In this document: positions 1 through 9,310 of the stretch, in pieces | How positions within the stretch are numbered: the first letter of the stretch is position 1 | Layout of the letters: each line of letters starts with the position of its first letter | Virus record (IMG/VR): IMGVR_UViG_3300015610_000614 | Location: 35,694 to 99,693 of that record | Source of the DNA: a virus | Lineage: Duplodnaviria; Heunggongvirae; Uroviricota; Caudoviricetes | DNA: 64,000 bases | Strand: one strand, 5' to 3' | Made by a program: the position numbers and the translations under genes | The notes under the pieces: generated by a model | What the model was told of the DNA's origin: nothing | What the model saw: the letters and a program-made list of their open reading frames with translations, nothing else | Databases searched by the model: none

Positions 1-907
1 GAATATGATTGACCTCAAGAAATTCTCTGGGAAAGCTAACTTGTTTTATCTTGCATTTGCGCGCGAATATTTTAGTAGTATTTCCAAGTTTACTTCTAAT
101 AATAGACTCTACTATTGATCTCTTTACTACCCAATCATAGTCCTTTATATGAAGTAATTGATACCCAAATGCTTCTACTGCTTCTGTTTTATCTTTATGA
201 TATGTTTTACCTACTTTATGCTCACCGTGCCAGTAGGTACCATTATACTCAATGGCCAACCCAATATCTGGTAGCACAATATCTAATTCCTTGCCATTTA
301 AGATAGTTCTATCATTAAATTCAATCCATCCTTTATACTCCGATGTAATAAACTTACGTAACGACTCTTCGTTTCTAGACACCCCCTCTAGTGCAAAACA
401 CTTCGGGCATCCAGTATTATGATAGATGATATTACTAGCCTGCTGAGTTACTGTGTGCCCGTTATTACAACAAACATTAACAAGTACTTTAGCTGCACTA
501 AACTCTGAAACTAGTGTACGTCCTTGAAGTTTTAAAATTTCTAGTAGCTTCAAATTACTAGTTCTCTCTCTAGGATTAGTAATTCCTTGCTTAGCCAGCA
601 TGTTGTTAATAGCCGAAACAGTCGTATTTAGTTCTGCAGCCACATCTTTAGTCGATTTAAACCCCAGTGCTTGTACAGTTTCTATGATCTTAGATTCGGT
701 CCATTCAATTTTAGGTATAACCTTGTGCCCCGTAGTACATTCTTTACATTTATACCCTCGTTGTAACAAATTGGTCGCCGTAGCGACGTTTTCATGGTTG
801 TTTTCGCATTTAAATCGTACAGTATTATGTGCCCCTGTATATTCAGAAATTAAATCTAGATTCCATTTTGATTTAATTTCTGAGGCGTATTTCGCAGTAG
901 TTTTCAT
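1..907 (-). CDS. Homing-endonuclease-like protein with Zn-finger-like repeats and a C-terminal Vsr/DUF559-like PD-(D/E)XK domain; 3' end truncated by the window edge
   Basis: Minus-strand ATG at 907..905. My own translation: MKTTAKYASEIKSKWNLDL...CENNHENVATATNLLQRGYKCKEC...CCNNGHTVTQQASNIIYHNTGCPKCF...LDIVLPDIGLAIEYNGTYWHGEH, reading through to position 1. The + strand ORFs 115..306 and 600..914 are antisense to it. Confidence 0.5.
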   Translation of the reverse strand, partial: MKTTAKYASEIKSKWNLDLISEYTGAHNTVRFKCENNHENVATATNLLQRGYKCKECTTGHKVIPKIEWTESKIIETVQALGFKSTKDVAAELNTTVSAINNMLAKQGITNPRERTSNLKLLEILKLQGRTLVSEFSAAKVLVNVCCNNGHTVTQQASNIIYHNTGCPKCFALEGVSRNEESLRKFITSEYKGWIEFNDRTILNGKELDIVLPDIGLAIEYNGTYWHGEHKVGKTYHKDKTEAVEAFGYQLLHIKDYDWVVKRSIVESIIRSKLGNTTKIFARKCKIKQVSFPREFLEVNHI

Positions 908-977
908 TTATTAGTATTATAGAGTGAAAATTATATTTTAATAATTTTTGATGAGAATTTCAAGTGCAGTATTTTAA

Positions 978-2291
978 ATGCTAACAATTAGTCGTGACAA
1001 TATTGATAGGTACAATATTACCGAATACTCGGTGGGCGAGCGTTTCATTAAGCTCCCCATCGCGAATTACCTAAAGCTGATGTGCCTAGAGCCCGGAAAG
1101 CCTAGCATATACGAACAGCTTAACAGACCACAAATTGCATTAATTAACGCAGTTAATTGCCCACAATATCGTTTCATCTGCGCAGCACTTTCACGACGCC
1201 TAGGTAAGACATTTATTGCAAATATTATCGGACAGCTAGTAACTCTAGTTCCTGGTAGTAACGTACTAATCATGTCGCCTAACTTCTCCCTGTCTTCGAT
1301 TAGTTTTGAGCTACAGAGAAAGTTTATTAATCACTTTGATATTGAGGTAGAAAAGAATAACCTTAAAGATAAGGTTATTGAGTTAAAGAACGGCTCAACC
1401 ATTCGTATGGGTTCTATTTCTACAGTAGATAGCTGCGTAGGGCGTTCTTATAATCTAATTATATTTGATGAAGCAGCTCTGGGTGCTGATGCTGAAGACG
1501 CTTTTAATATCGCTCTACGTCCTACTCTAGATAAACCAGGTAGTAAGGCTATCTTTATTTCTACCCCTCGTGGTAAGAATAACTGGTTCTCTACATTCTA
1601 TAATCGCGGGTTTAGTAAAGACTATCCTGAATGGATTTCTATTCATGCTGATTATACTGAAAATGAACGTATGAGCGAGGCCGACGTTGCAGAAGCTCGT
1701 CGTAGTATGACTGCTGCTCACTTCGAGCAGGAGTATATGGCATCGTTCACCTCATTCGAAGGTCAGATTTATAAATTTGACTCAAATAAGTGTGTTAAAC
1801 CATTCTACGATAATGGTGACAAATACGAGATATTTGCAGGTATTGACCCGGGGTATAGAGATCCTACTGCATTTATAATTATTGCTTACTTCCCTACAGC
1901 TGACTACTACCATGTAGTAGCTGAGTATCAGAAGTCAGAAGCTACTACAGATAAACATGCTGCTGTACTTAAGGAAATGAGTGCTAAGTGGAGCCTCGAT
2001 ACAATATTTATTGATTCTGCTGCTCCTCAATTTTCCGCTGACTTAGCTTATCTATACGATATAGCTACAATTAAAGCAAAGAAACAGGTATTAGAAGGCA
2101 TTGCTTTCTGCCAGACTTTAGTTGAACAAGGGAGATTAATAGTAGACCCCGATTGTACACATACTCTAGCTATGCTGGATCAGTACAAGTGGGATAATAG
2201 AGAAACACTAACTACGGAAAAGCCCGTACACGACGAATATAGCCACATGGCTGACGCTATGCGATATGCGCTGTACACATTCATACCTTAA
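978..2291 (+). CDS. terL: Terminase large subunit
   Basis: Walker A-like SRRLGKTF, Walker B IIFDEAA, nuclease motif GIDPGYRD, length 437 aa. Confidence 0.8.
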   Translation: MLTISRDNIDRYNITEYSVGERFIKLPIANYLKLMCLEPGKPSIYEQLNRPQIALINAVNCPQYRFICAALSRRLGKTFIANIIGQLVTLVPGSNVLIMSPNFSLSSISFELQRKFINHFDIEVEKNNLKDKVIELKNGSTIRMGSISTVDSCVGRSYNLIIFDEAALGADAEDAFNIALRPTLDKPGSKAIFISTPRGKNNWFSTFYNRGFSKDYPEWISIHADYTENERMSEADVAEARRSMTAAHFEQEYMASFTSFEGQIYKFDSNKCVKPFYDNGDKYEIFAGIDPGYRDPTAFIIIAYFPTADYYHVVAEYQKSEATTDKHAAVLKEMSAKWSLDTIFIDSAAPQFSADLAYLYDIATIKAKKQVLEGIAFCQTLVEQGRLIVDPDCTHTLAMLDQYKWDNRETLTTEKPVHDEYSHMADAMRYALYTFIP

Positions 2292-2923
2292 TGGCTACTG
2301 GAATTTATAAGCTTGATTTTTCTGACGGCACATACTACATCGGTCAAGCGGTGGATATAGATGTACGCTATAAACAACACTGTAAAGAGTTGTTAGATAA
2401 AAAGCACTCGGTAAAAATGAATGAAGCGTTTTGTAAAAATGCTCGTATTTTACCTAAGCTTTCTATCATGATAGAGTGTCACAGAGACTATTTAGATATA
2501 TTTGAATGTTTCTTCATTTATAAATATAATAGCGACAGACTTCTAAATACTACCATGCCAAAAGATATTCTAGGTGGATTGACTCAATCGGCCCTAGATA
2601 CTTTAGTAGAAAATAGGTTCAATTCAATTATAAATATAATCGATATTCTAGCTACTCAAGTAGGAAAAATCGAAGGACTAAAAATATCTTTAGAGGAAGC
2701 CGAAGACGAGATAGACCGTTTAGAGCATAAAAGATCTTTAGAGGAACTAGAGCGAGATACTAAGAAACGTATACGTAGATTACAGGACCAAGTAAAATTT
2801 CTCACCAATATTACGGAAGAGAAGGAAACTAGCCTAAGGGACCTTGAAAATCAATATACAGATGTTTCTGATGAATTACGCAAATTAAAATCCAAAGGAT
2901 TCTGGGCAAGAATCTTTGGTTAA
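2291..2923 (+). CDS. GIY-YIG homing endonuclease with a C-terminal coiled coil
   Basis: N-terminus GIYKLDFSDGTYYIGQAVDIDVRYKQH. ATG overlaps the terL stop (taATGg). Confidence 0.7.
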   Translation: MATGIYKLDFSDGTYYIGQAVDIDVRYKQHCKELLDKKHSVKMNEAFCKNARILPKLSIMIECHRDYLDIFECFFIYKYNSDRLLNTTMPKDILGGLTQSALDTLVENRFNSIINIIDILATQVGKIEGLKISLEEAEDEIDRLEHKRSLEELERDTKKRIRRLQDQVKFLTNITEEKETSLRDLENQYTDVSDELRKLKSKGFWARIFG

Positions 2924-2925
2924 TA

Positions 2926-2966
2926 AGAACCCGTATGGTTTATTTGACCATACGGGTTTTTTCTTT
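2926..2966 (+). terminator. Rho-independent terminator after the GIY-YIG gene
   Basis: aacccgtatggt / accatacgggtt stem followed by tttttt. Confidence 0.7.
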
Positions 2967-2987
2967 TGGGCTTTCAATTTTTGGGTG

Positions 2988-3016
2988 TTGACATGTATTA
3001 GGTCCCGTGCTATAAT
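2988..3016 (+). promoter_or_regulatory. Consensus sigma70 promoter (TTGACA, 17-bp spacer, TATAAT)
   Basis: ttgaca at 2988-2993, tataat at 3011-3016, 17-nt spacer. Confidence 0.7.
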
Positions 3017-3044
3017 AGCTACAATTATAAATTTGTACATAAAA

Positions 3045-3521
3045 ATGGCAAAGAATACAGGAATGAAGCGTATCCCTGTAAAATGGATACGTGATAGGGC
3101 TAAGAGCGCATATGAAAAGAAGGAAACTTGCCATATCTGCGGAACAAGCCAAGATCTAGAACTACATCATACTCATTCCATAACTCTACTTTTAGAAGAA
3201 TGGATTAAAGTAAAGGGCTACGATATTTCTACGGACGACGGGATAATTGCAGTAAGAGACGAATTTATTGCAGATCACCACTCTGAGTTATACGATCATG
3301 TATATACCCTGTGTAATAAACATCACGTAATGTTACATGCAGTGTATGGAAAAGCTCCAGCTTTAAATTCTGCTAATAAGCAGGTTAAATGGATTGAGAC
3401 TCAAAAAGCAAAGATTAGTGGCGGGCTAGTAGAGGTTCACAACATATTAGACCCTAAAGAAGCTAATAGATTAGTAAAACCTTGTAAAGACGCTTCGTTA
3501 TCTTTTGCGAAGTTCTTATAA
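3045..3521 (+). CDS. HNH homing endonuclease
   Basis: CHICGTSQDLELHHTHS ... CNKHHVMLH (HNH/Zn motifs). The ORF opens at 2916, but the terminator and promoter lie between 2916 and 3045, so I call the start at the ATG at 3045; the exact start is uncertain. Confidence 0.6.
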   Translation: MAKNTGMKRIPVKWIRDRAKSAYEKKETCHICGTSQDLELHHTHSITLLLEEWIKVKGYDISTDDGIIAVRDEFIADHHSELYDHVYTLCNKHHVMLHAVYGKAPALNSANKQVKWIETQKAKISGGLVEVHNILDPKEANRLVKPCKDASLSFAKFL

Positions 3522-3530
3522 GGAGCACTC

Positions 3531-4751
3531 ATGACATGGTATAACCCAGCAACATGGTTCACAAAAGCTAATCCAGCACAAGAATTAATAGCTAGAGGGG
3601 AAGGCCCTCAAATAGCTAGTGACGTACCAATATCTTTTCAAACATCTTTCTATAACCTAGAAACGGTTAATAGAGGCGTCAATATGATAGTTAGCGCATG
3701 TGCTAGCTTAGACTTTGACATTAAAGATATGAAGATGCCGGGCGTAGTACTAGGTACTAGAAAAGCTAGCTTAAATAACTTATTAAATTATAAACCCAAT
3801 CCAAATCAGTCGGCACAGGAATTTAGAACTGCTATATTTACTGATTTAATAATTGAAGGCAATATCTTCATTTATTATGATGGTGTTTATATGTATCACC
3901 TACCTGCGGTAAACGTAAAGGTAATTCCAGATCCTAAAACGTTTGTATCGCACTATTTATATAATGATATAACTCGCTTCTCTCCGAACGAGATTATTCA
4001 TATAAAAGATATAAATACTACCTCAATTTATAGAGGAACCTCAAGGCTACAAGCCGCTGAGCGCAATATACAGATTCTGTATAAAATGCAGTTATTCCAG
4101 GAACAGTTCTTCAAGAATGGGGCCGTTCCTAGTATGATCTTAACTACAGAGAATACTTTAAGCGAGACTGCTAAACAGAAAACTATTCTAGGTTGGTCAA
4201 GACAGTATAATCCAAATTCCGGAGCTAAGAAACCGCTTATCTTAGATAGCGGCATGAAACCTGTAATAGGTATTTCAGCGTCCTTCCAGGAGATGGATTT
4301 TGATACAAGTATCAAGACACATGATACTAAAATTCTAAAAGCGCTTGGTGTACCACCTATTCTTTTAGACGGTGGTAATAACGCAAATATCTCACCTAAT
4401 TTACGTTTATTCTATCTAGAGACAGTAATACCTATTATTACTAAGTTAGTTTCTGGATTTGAACGCTTCTTTGGTTATGATATATCACCGATTACTAGCA
4501 ACGTATCAGCGCTACAGCCGGAATTAAAAGAAATTGCTAGTTATTACACTACTCTGGTCAACGGTGGAGTAATAACACCAAATGAGGCTAGATTAGAGTT
4601 GCGCTATGAAAAAGACACTGATCCAGCTTCTGATAAACTGCGAGTACCTGCTAACATAGCCGGTTCTGCAGCAGACCCAAGTCAGGGTGGGGCTCCTAAA
4701 AAGCCACAAACTGAACCAAAACCCGCAAAGGAGTTTCATGGACAAATATAA
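3531..4751 (+). CDS. Portal protein
   Basis: 406 aa, sits between terminase and protease/capsid, RBS aaggag precedes the ATG. Confidence 0.65.
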   Translation: MTWYNPATWFTKANPAQELIARGEGPQIASDVPISFQTSFYNLETVNRGVNMIVSACASLDFDIKDMKMPGVVLGTRKASLNNLLNYKPNPNQSAQEFRTAIFTDLIIEGNIFIYYDGVYMYHLPAVNVKVIPDPKTFVSHYLYNDITRFSPNEIIHIKDINTTSIYRGTSRLQAAERNIQILYKMQLFQEQFFKNGAVPSMILTTENTLSETAKQKTILGWSRQYNPNSGAKKPLILDSGMKPVIGISASFQEMDFDTSIKTHDTKILKALGVPPILLDGGNNANISPNLRLFYLETVIPIITKLVSGFERFFGYDISPITSNVSALQPELKEIASYYTTLVNGGVITPNEARLELRYEKDTDPASDKLRVPANIAGSAADPSQGGAPKKPQTEPKPAKEFHGQI

Positions 4752-6663
4752 AGTACTTCATTTAGAGAGTGCTTTCAAAGTCAAGGAGCTTCCCACTGCA
4801 GACGAGCAAATTGACTCTATCTACATTGAGGGGTACGCAAGTACCAACGATATAGATAGAGCAGGTGACGTAGTTCCAGCTTCTGTTTGGGAAGCCGGAA
4901 TCCAGAATTACCTAAAGAATCCAATCATACTAGCTCAACATGACCATGACGATCCTATTGGTAGAATGGTAGAGCATAAGATTGATCCTAAAGGTTTATG
5001 GATTAAGGCACGAATTTCGGCAGCTGCCGAAATATTTAATTTAATTAAAGACGGTGTAGTAACCGCCTTTAGTATCGGTTTCAGAGTACTCGATGCAGAA
5101 TATAACTCTGCTACTGAGCTATTTGTAATCAAAGAGTTGGAACTAGTAGAAATCTCAGTGGTTTCAGTTCCATGTAATCAAAACACTATTTTTACTCTTT
5201 CCAAATCTTTCGCAAACGATGCGGATTACAAGGAATTCAAAAAGCAGTTTGAACCAAAAGAAAATTCAGCTAAAGGGCTAGAAGCCACTAGCGGTTCGAA
5301 AGGCATTTCAAAACAAAAAGGATTTAATATGGATGAAACTCAAATCGCCGCTATGCTAGAAAAGGCTGCTAAGGAAGCTACCGAAAAGGCAATTAAGGCT
5401 GTAGAGGAAAAGGCTGCTAAGGAAGCTGCTGAAAAGGCTGCTAAGGAAGCCGAAGAAAAGGCTATCCAAGACCGCATCGAAAAAGCTGTAGCTGCTCGTA
5501 TTGAAGTAGGTACCAGCGGTGCTGAGCGTCTAGTTCAAGATCTAGCTAAGCGTCTAGAAGAAGAAACTGCCGGCATCAAGGATCTAAAGTCAGCCCTAGC
5601 TGAAAAGACCGAAGAAATTAAGCGTATTCAAGAATCGCGTATGGAATTTAGCGACCGTAAGAGCGCTGACGGTATTACCGATAAGGATAAAGAAACCGCT
5701 GTTCTACTAGGTCAACTAATGGGCAAGAGCCTACGTGACACTAAGTTCGGTGCTGGTCTACTAGAAAAAGCAGGCCCTCACGTTGCTAGCGCTACTTGGG
5801 AACTAGAAGTTTCTATGAATATGGAAGCGGAAGTTCGTCGTCGCCTAGTAGTAGCTCCTCTACTACGTAGTGTAGCGATGAAGACCAACGTTATGACTAT
5901 TCCTGTAAACCCTGAGGCTGGCTATGCTACTTGGGTACAGAATGCTCAGTTCGGTAGTACTGCTTCTGCTGGTGCAGCTCAAACTCACCAACTAAAAGAA
6001 ATTACGCTAAATGCGTACAAGGTTGCAACCCTTGAATATATGAACTTTGAAGAAGAGGAAGACTCTCTACTAGTTCTAATGCCGCTAGTTCGTGACGCTA
6101 TGGTTCGTCGTCTAGCTCTTGCTGTAGATAAGGCTTATCTACTAGGTGCTGGTTCTGGTGCTGATCCTGTTAAGGGCCTATCTATTTATGACGCAACTTC
6201 TGTTGTAACTCCTACCAACACTGGTGTTGCTACTGTTGCTAATATGCGCGCCCTACGTAAGGACTTAGGTGCATGGGGTCTAGAACCTTCTGAACTAGCT
6301 TACATCGTTTCTACTGAAGTTTACTATGACCTACTAGACGACACTCTATTCCAGAGTGTCGATAAGGTTGGTGATAAGGCTACCCTACTAACTGGTCAAG
6401 TTGGTTCTATCGGTAATAGCCCGGTTCTAGTATCTTCTGTATTCCCAACTAAGGCTGGCGGTGCAGCTACTGCTTCTACCAACATCGGTGCTATCGCGTT
6501 TGCTGCAGGTAACTTCCTAGCAGGTAACCAACGTGGTCTACGCTTCGATACTCAAGACCTAGTTGAAACTCAACGTAAGGCTCTAGTAGCTTCTCTACGT
6601 ACTGGTCTAGCGCAAGTTACTACCAACCTTGGTGGTGGCGTTTCTACCCTACGTTGGAGCTAA
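4738..6663 (+). CDS. Fused prohead protease (HK97/S78-like), (EKAAKEA)n linker and HK97-fold major capsid protein
   Basis: N-terminus DSIYIEGYASTNDIDRAGDVV...ILAQHDHDDPIGRMVEH...AFSIGFRV is an S78 protease signature. Then the low-complexity repeat EKAAKEATEKAIKAVEEKAAKEAAEKAAKEAEEKA. The C-terminal ~350 aa are MCP-like. RBS aaggag lies 5 nt before the ATG at 4738; the ORF opens at 4687. Confidence 0.65.
   Translation: MDKYKVLHLESAFKVKELPTADEQIDSIYIEGYASTNDIDRAGDVVPASVWEAGIQNYLKNPIILAQHDHDDPIGRMVEHKIDPKGLWIKARISAAAEIFNLIKDGVVTAFSIGFRVLDAEYNSATELFVIKELELVEISVVSVPCNQNTIFTLSKSFANDADYKEFKKQFEPKENSAKGLEATSGSKGISKQKGFNMDETQIAAMLEKAAKEATEKAIKAVEEKAAKEAAEKAAKEAEEKAIQDRIEKAVAARIEVGTSGAERLVQDLAKRLEEETAGIKDLKSALAEKTEEIKRIQESRMEFSDRKSADGITDKDKETAVLLGQLMGKSLRDTKFGAGLLEKAGPHVASATWELEVSMNMEAEVRRRLVVAPLLRSVAMKTNVMTIPVNPEAGYATWVQNAQFGSTASAGAAQTHQLKEITLNAYKVATLEYMNFEEEEDSLLVLMPLVRDAMVRRLALAVDKAYLLGAGSGADPVKGLSIYDATSVVTPTNTGVATVANMRALRKDLGAWGLEPSELAYIVSTEVYYDLLDDTLFQSVDKVGDKATLLTGQVGSIGNSPVLVSSVFPTKAGGAATASTNIGAIAFAAGNFLAGNQRGLRFDTQDLVETQRKALVASLRTGLAQVTTNLGGGVSTLRWS
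5359..5462 (+). repeat. In-frame tandem nucleotide repeat (gaaaaggctgctaaggaagc)x3 encoding the EKAAKEA linker
   Basis: Direct repeats are visible at 5359-5378, 5408-5430 and 5431-5455. Confidence 0.7.
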
Positions 6664-6670
6664 TCTAACA

Positions 6671-6698
6671 CTGATGGGACTTCGGTCCCATCTTTTAT
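6671..6698 (+). terminator. Rho-independent terminator after the capsid gene
   Basis: gatgggac ttcg gtcccatc tttt; a second weaker hairpin (taagcat...gtgctta) follows. Confidence 0.75.
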
Positions 6699-6740
6699 AA
6701 GCATTTATTTAAGTGCTTATAAAAGATATAAGGAACAAAT

Positions 6741-7310
6741 ATGGGAAATAGTCTAGTATCTAGATCGCAATATAAAACATATGCAGGAATATCGAGTTCT
6801 AATCAAGATGCTAAGATTGATTCTTTAATTCCTATTGTTAGCGCTTTTGTAAAATCATACTGTCGTAGAACTTTCGTAGACTACTACGATACAGAGAAAA
6901 CTGAATACTTTAGAGGCGGAGACGGCTTCTACCCAAAAGAACTACCAATAGTAGAAGTAACTTCTTTAGAATACTCACTTGACTACGGTAAAACATTCTC
7001 TCCAATGGCGGAGTTTACCGATTACGTTATAGACCAGGAAACTAGCCAGATAGTGCCTGCATCTTCTATCTCATTTACGGAAAGAGTAAACGGGTATAGG
7101 TTAACCTATAAGGGTGGATACGAAAGCATTCCAGAAGATTTAATGGTGGCTGTTTTTGACATGATTACTTATTATATCAAAAATGACTCTGCTATTCACT
7201 CCCCTAAAGTACCTGGCAGTAATACAGTACAGATAGAATATATTTCTAGTAGCTCTTTACCAGCTAATATTAAGAGAGTACTGGATATTTATAAAGATAA
7301 CTGGATATGA
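6741..7310 (+). CDS. Head-tail connector (gp6/gp15-like)
   Basis: 189 aa, immediately after the MCP gene, with a typical N-terminus (ISSSNQDAKIDSLIPIVSAFVKSYCRRTF). Confidence 0.5.
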   Translation: MGNSLVSRSQYKTYAGISSSNQDAKIDSLIPIVSAFVKSYCRRTFVDYYDTEKTEYFRGGDGFYPKELPIVEVTSLEYSLDYGKTFSPMAEFTDYVIDQETSQIVPASSISFTERVNGYRLTYKGGYESIPEDLMVAVFDMITYYIKNDSAIHSPKVPGSNTVQIEYISSSSLPANIKRVLDIYKDNWI

Positions 7311-8800
7311 GCTTCTATACAGCAGATTGGGTTAGGAAATACGTAAAGCAAGAGCACGAGGCTCTTCAAAAACATATTTCAGGTAAAGATAAAGATTTCA
7401 GAAGCTTTATAGACGCGTCACTTCCTTTCAGCCTGTACTTAGATATAGGTGAAATACGTGATAGAATACTTAAGCCTAACACTGCCTTTATAGCAGAACT
7501 AGCTGCCTTACTAAAACTAGACGATCCTAATATTATTATATCTATATTGGATAAAGCCTATGTAGACTTAATTAATAGTTATGCCGATAACCCTAGATTT
7601 AAAAAGATAGACAGTAATGAACTTAAGTCTATTATGGACGAGTTCAATAATGCAGTAGTATCCGGCGCTAATATACAGAGTACTATTACCAAATTCTTTT
7701 CTAATACAATAGTAGTTTCAAATCTATGTGTTAGAAACGTAAGAACTTTCTTGATATTCCCAAAGTTTAATACAGTATCGAATGATTTTGGTAAAAGATT
7801 AAAAGACTTAATTGATTTATCGCCTCTATCTGATTACATCGACGACGAGTTAGGCGACAGTCCTAGAAACATATTTAAGAACTTCTTAAATAAAAACTTT
7901 GGTAAATTACAGAACTTAGGGCATGCGGAAGTAGACGTTATATCTACAACCTCTAAAGAAGTTAAAAGAGGCCTAGTATCTCCTAGACTATTACAGGCAT
8001 TAGTATCGTTACCAAAAGAAACTAAAGTAGAGCCTATAGTTAAAAGATTCTCCAAAGAAACAGGGCAAGCTAATACTAGAATTATTGTGCGAAAAAAATT
8101 CGCAGATTCTAAGATGGTACTAGAGGTTCTTGTTGAATCAGGGTTCATGATAGGAATACCTGAATCCCAGGCCGATAACCTTACTAAGGCACCTTTAGAA
8201 AAGCAATTTAATATTGGGGCTAATCTAACAGCTGCAATTAAAGCGAACCCCAATATTATATTAGATTTAGAAACATCTAAATCTATAAAGCAATACGCAG
8301 CAGAGGCTGTATTAGAGAGCATAAAAACAGGTAGAGTTAAACCCTATACCTCAACTGCAGTAATCGATACTAGTACTAAAATTACTAGAACCAAAACTGT
8401 AGTAACTGCTCCTAAAACAAAAGCTCCGTCGTCTTCTAGAGCACCTAAATTACCTAAACCTCCTTCAGCGTCAGTCGATTTGTCCTCGCTGCTAGTACTA
8501 ATTCAGCATAATATTGCTGCACAAGTAGAAAAGAATATGGGTACTGGAAATAGACATGATGTTCTAAATTATAGAACTGGTAGGTTTGCTAACTCTGTGA
8601 AAATAGAGAAACTTACTCAATCTAAAGAAGGTATGATCTCTGCTTTTTATTCGTATATGAAGTATCCGTACGCTACGTTCTCAGAGGGCGGTCGTCAACA
8701 GTATCCGCGTTCGCGTGATCCTAAGACGCTAATATCTAAATCAATTAAAGAAATCGCTGCAGAAAAGGTAGCAGCAAGAATGCGAGCTGTCCTAGTATGA
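7307..8800 (+). CDS. Hypothetical virion (neck/decoration?) protein
   Basis: 497 aa ORF, translationally coupled within the head-tail joining region. Confidence 0.35.
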   Translation: MSFYTADWVRKYVKQEHEALQKHISGKDKDFRSFIDASLPFSLYLDIGEIRDRILKPNTAFIAELAALLKLDDPNIIISILDKAYVDLINSYADNPRFKKIDSNELKSIMDEFNNAVVSGANIQSTITKFFSNTIVVSNLCVRNVRTFLIFPKFNTVSNDFGKRLKDLIDLSPLSDYIDDELGDSPRNIFKNFLNKNFGKLQNLGHAEVDVISTTSKEVKRGLVSPRLLQALVSLPKETKVEPIVKRFSKETGQANTRIIVRKKFADSKMVLEVLVESGFMIGIPESQADNLTKAPLEKQFNIGANLTAAIKANPNIILDLETSKSIKQYAAEAVLESIKTGRVKPYTSTAVIDTSTKITRTKTVVTAPKTKAPSSSRAPKLPKPPSASVDLSSLLVLIQHNIAAQVEKNMGTGNRHDVLNYRTGRFANSVKIEKLTQSKEGMISAFYSYMKYPYATFSEGGRQQYPRSRDPKTLISKSIKEIAAEKVAARMRAVLV

Positions 8801-9237
8801 GTAAACGTCAAAGTATTCTAAAAGCTTTAACTGATAAGCTTAAAACAATAGATGGAACTGGTTCTTTTAAAACTAATTTAAACGGGAATGCCTTCCCATT
8901 TATTAATTACTGGGATCAGGTTTCGGATTTCCCTTGTATTTATAGTACTTGTGGTCAAGAAACTAGAGAATACCACCCATCTAACTTTGCTTGGGGCTAC
9001 ATAAATGTAGTCTTAAAGCTGTATACGCATGGTGAAGATTGTACAGATCAACTGGAAAATCTTCTAACAGACGTAGAACAAGTAGTGAATGCTAATAGGA
9101 CATTAGTGTTCGATTCTGAAACAAATTCAACAATTACTGAAATGTTAGTAACGTCTATAATTACTGATGAAGGTGTAATGAACCCTTATGGTATAGGCGA
9201 GATAATGCTTCAGGTACGCTATCCACTTATAATGTGA
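8797..9237 (+). CDS. Hypothetical tail completion/terminator-like protein
   Basis: 146 aa, coupled ORF just upstream of the tail tube gene. Confidence 0.35.
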   Translation: MSKRQSILKALTDKLKTIDGTGSFKTNLNGNAFPFINYWDQVSDFPCIYSTCGQETREYHPSNFAWGYINVVLKLYTHGEDCTDQLENLLTDVEQVVNANRTLVFDSETNSTITEMLVTSIITDEGVMNPYGIGEIMLQVRYPLIM

Positions 9238-9310
9238 TTTAAGTCCTATAGGTACAGAAAGATAAATGTCAATCTAAGCCTAGACAGACTTTGCCAACCA
9301 GGAGAAATCT

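Noticed and set aside
115-914. + strand ORFs 115..306 and 600..914 upstream of terL (candidate small terminase)
   Set aside because: Low-complexity and Cys-rich translations, no RBS. They are antisense to a long coherent minus-strand ORF (the homing-endonuclease-like gene 1..907) that has recognisable domains.
2916-3044. Upstream 43 codons of the HNH ORF
   Set aside because: This stretch contains the GIY-YIG gene's terminator hairpin and a consensus promoter, and the translation is hydrophobic junk (FFFWAFNFWVLTCIRS).
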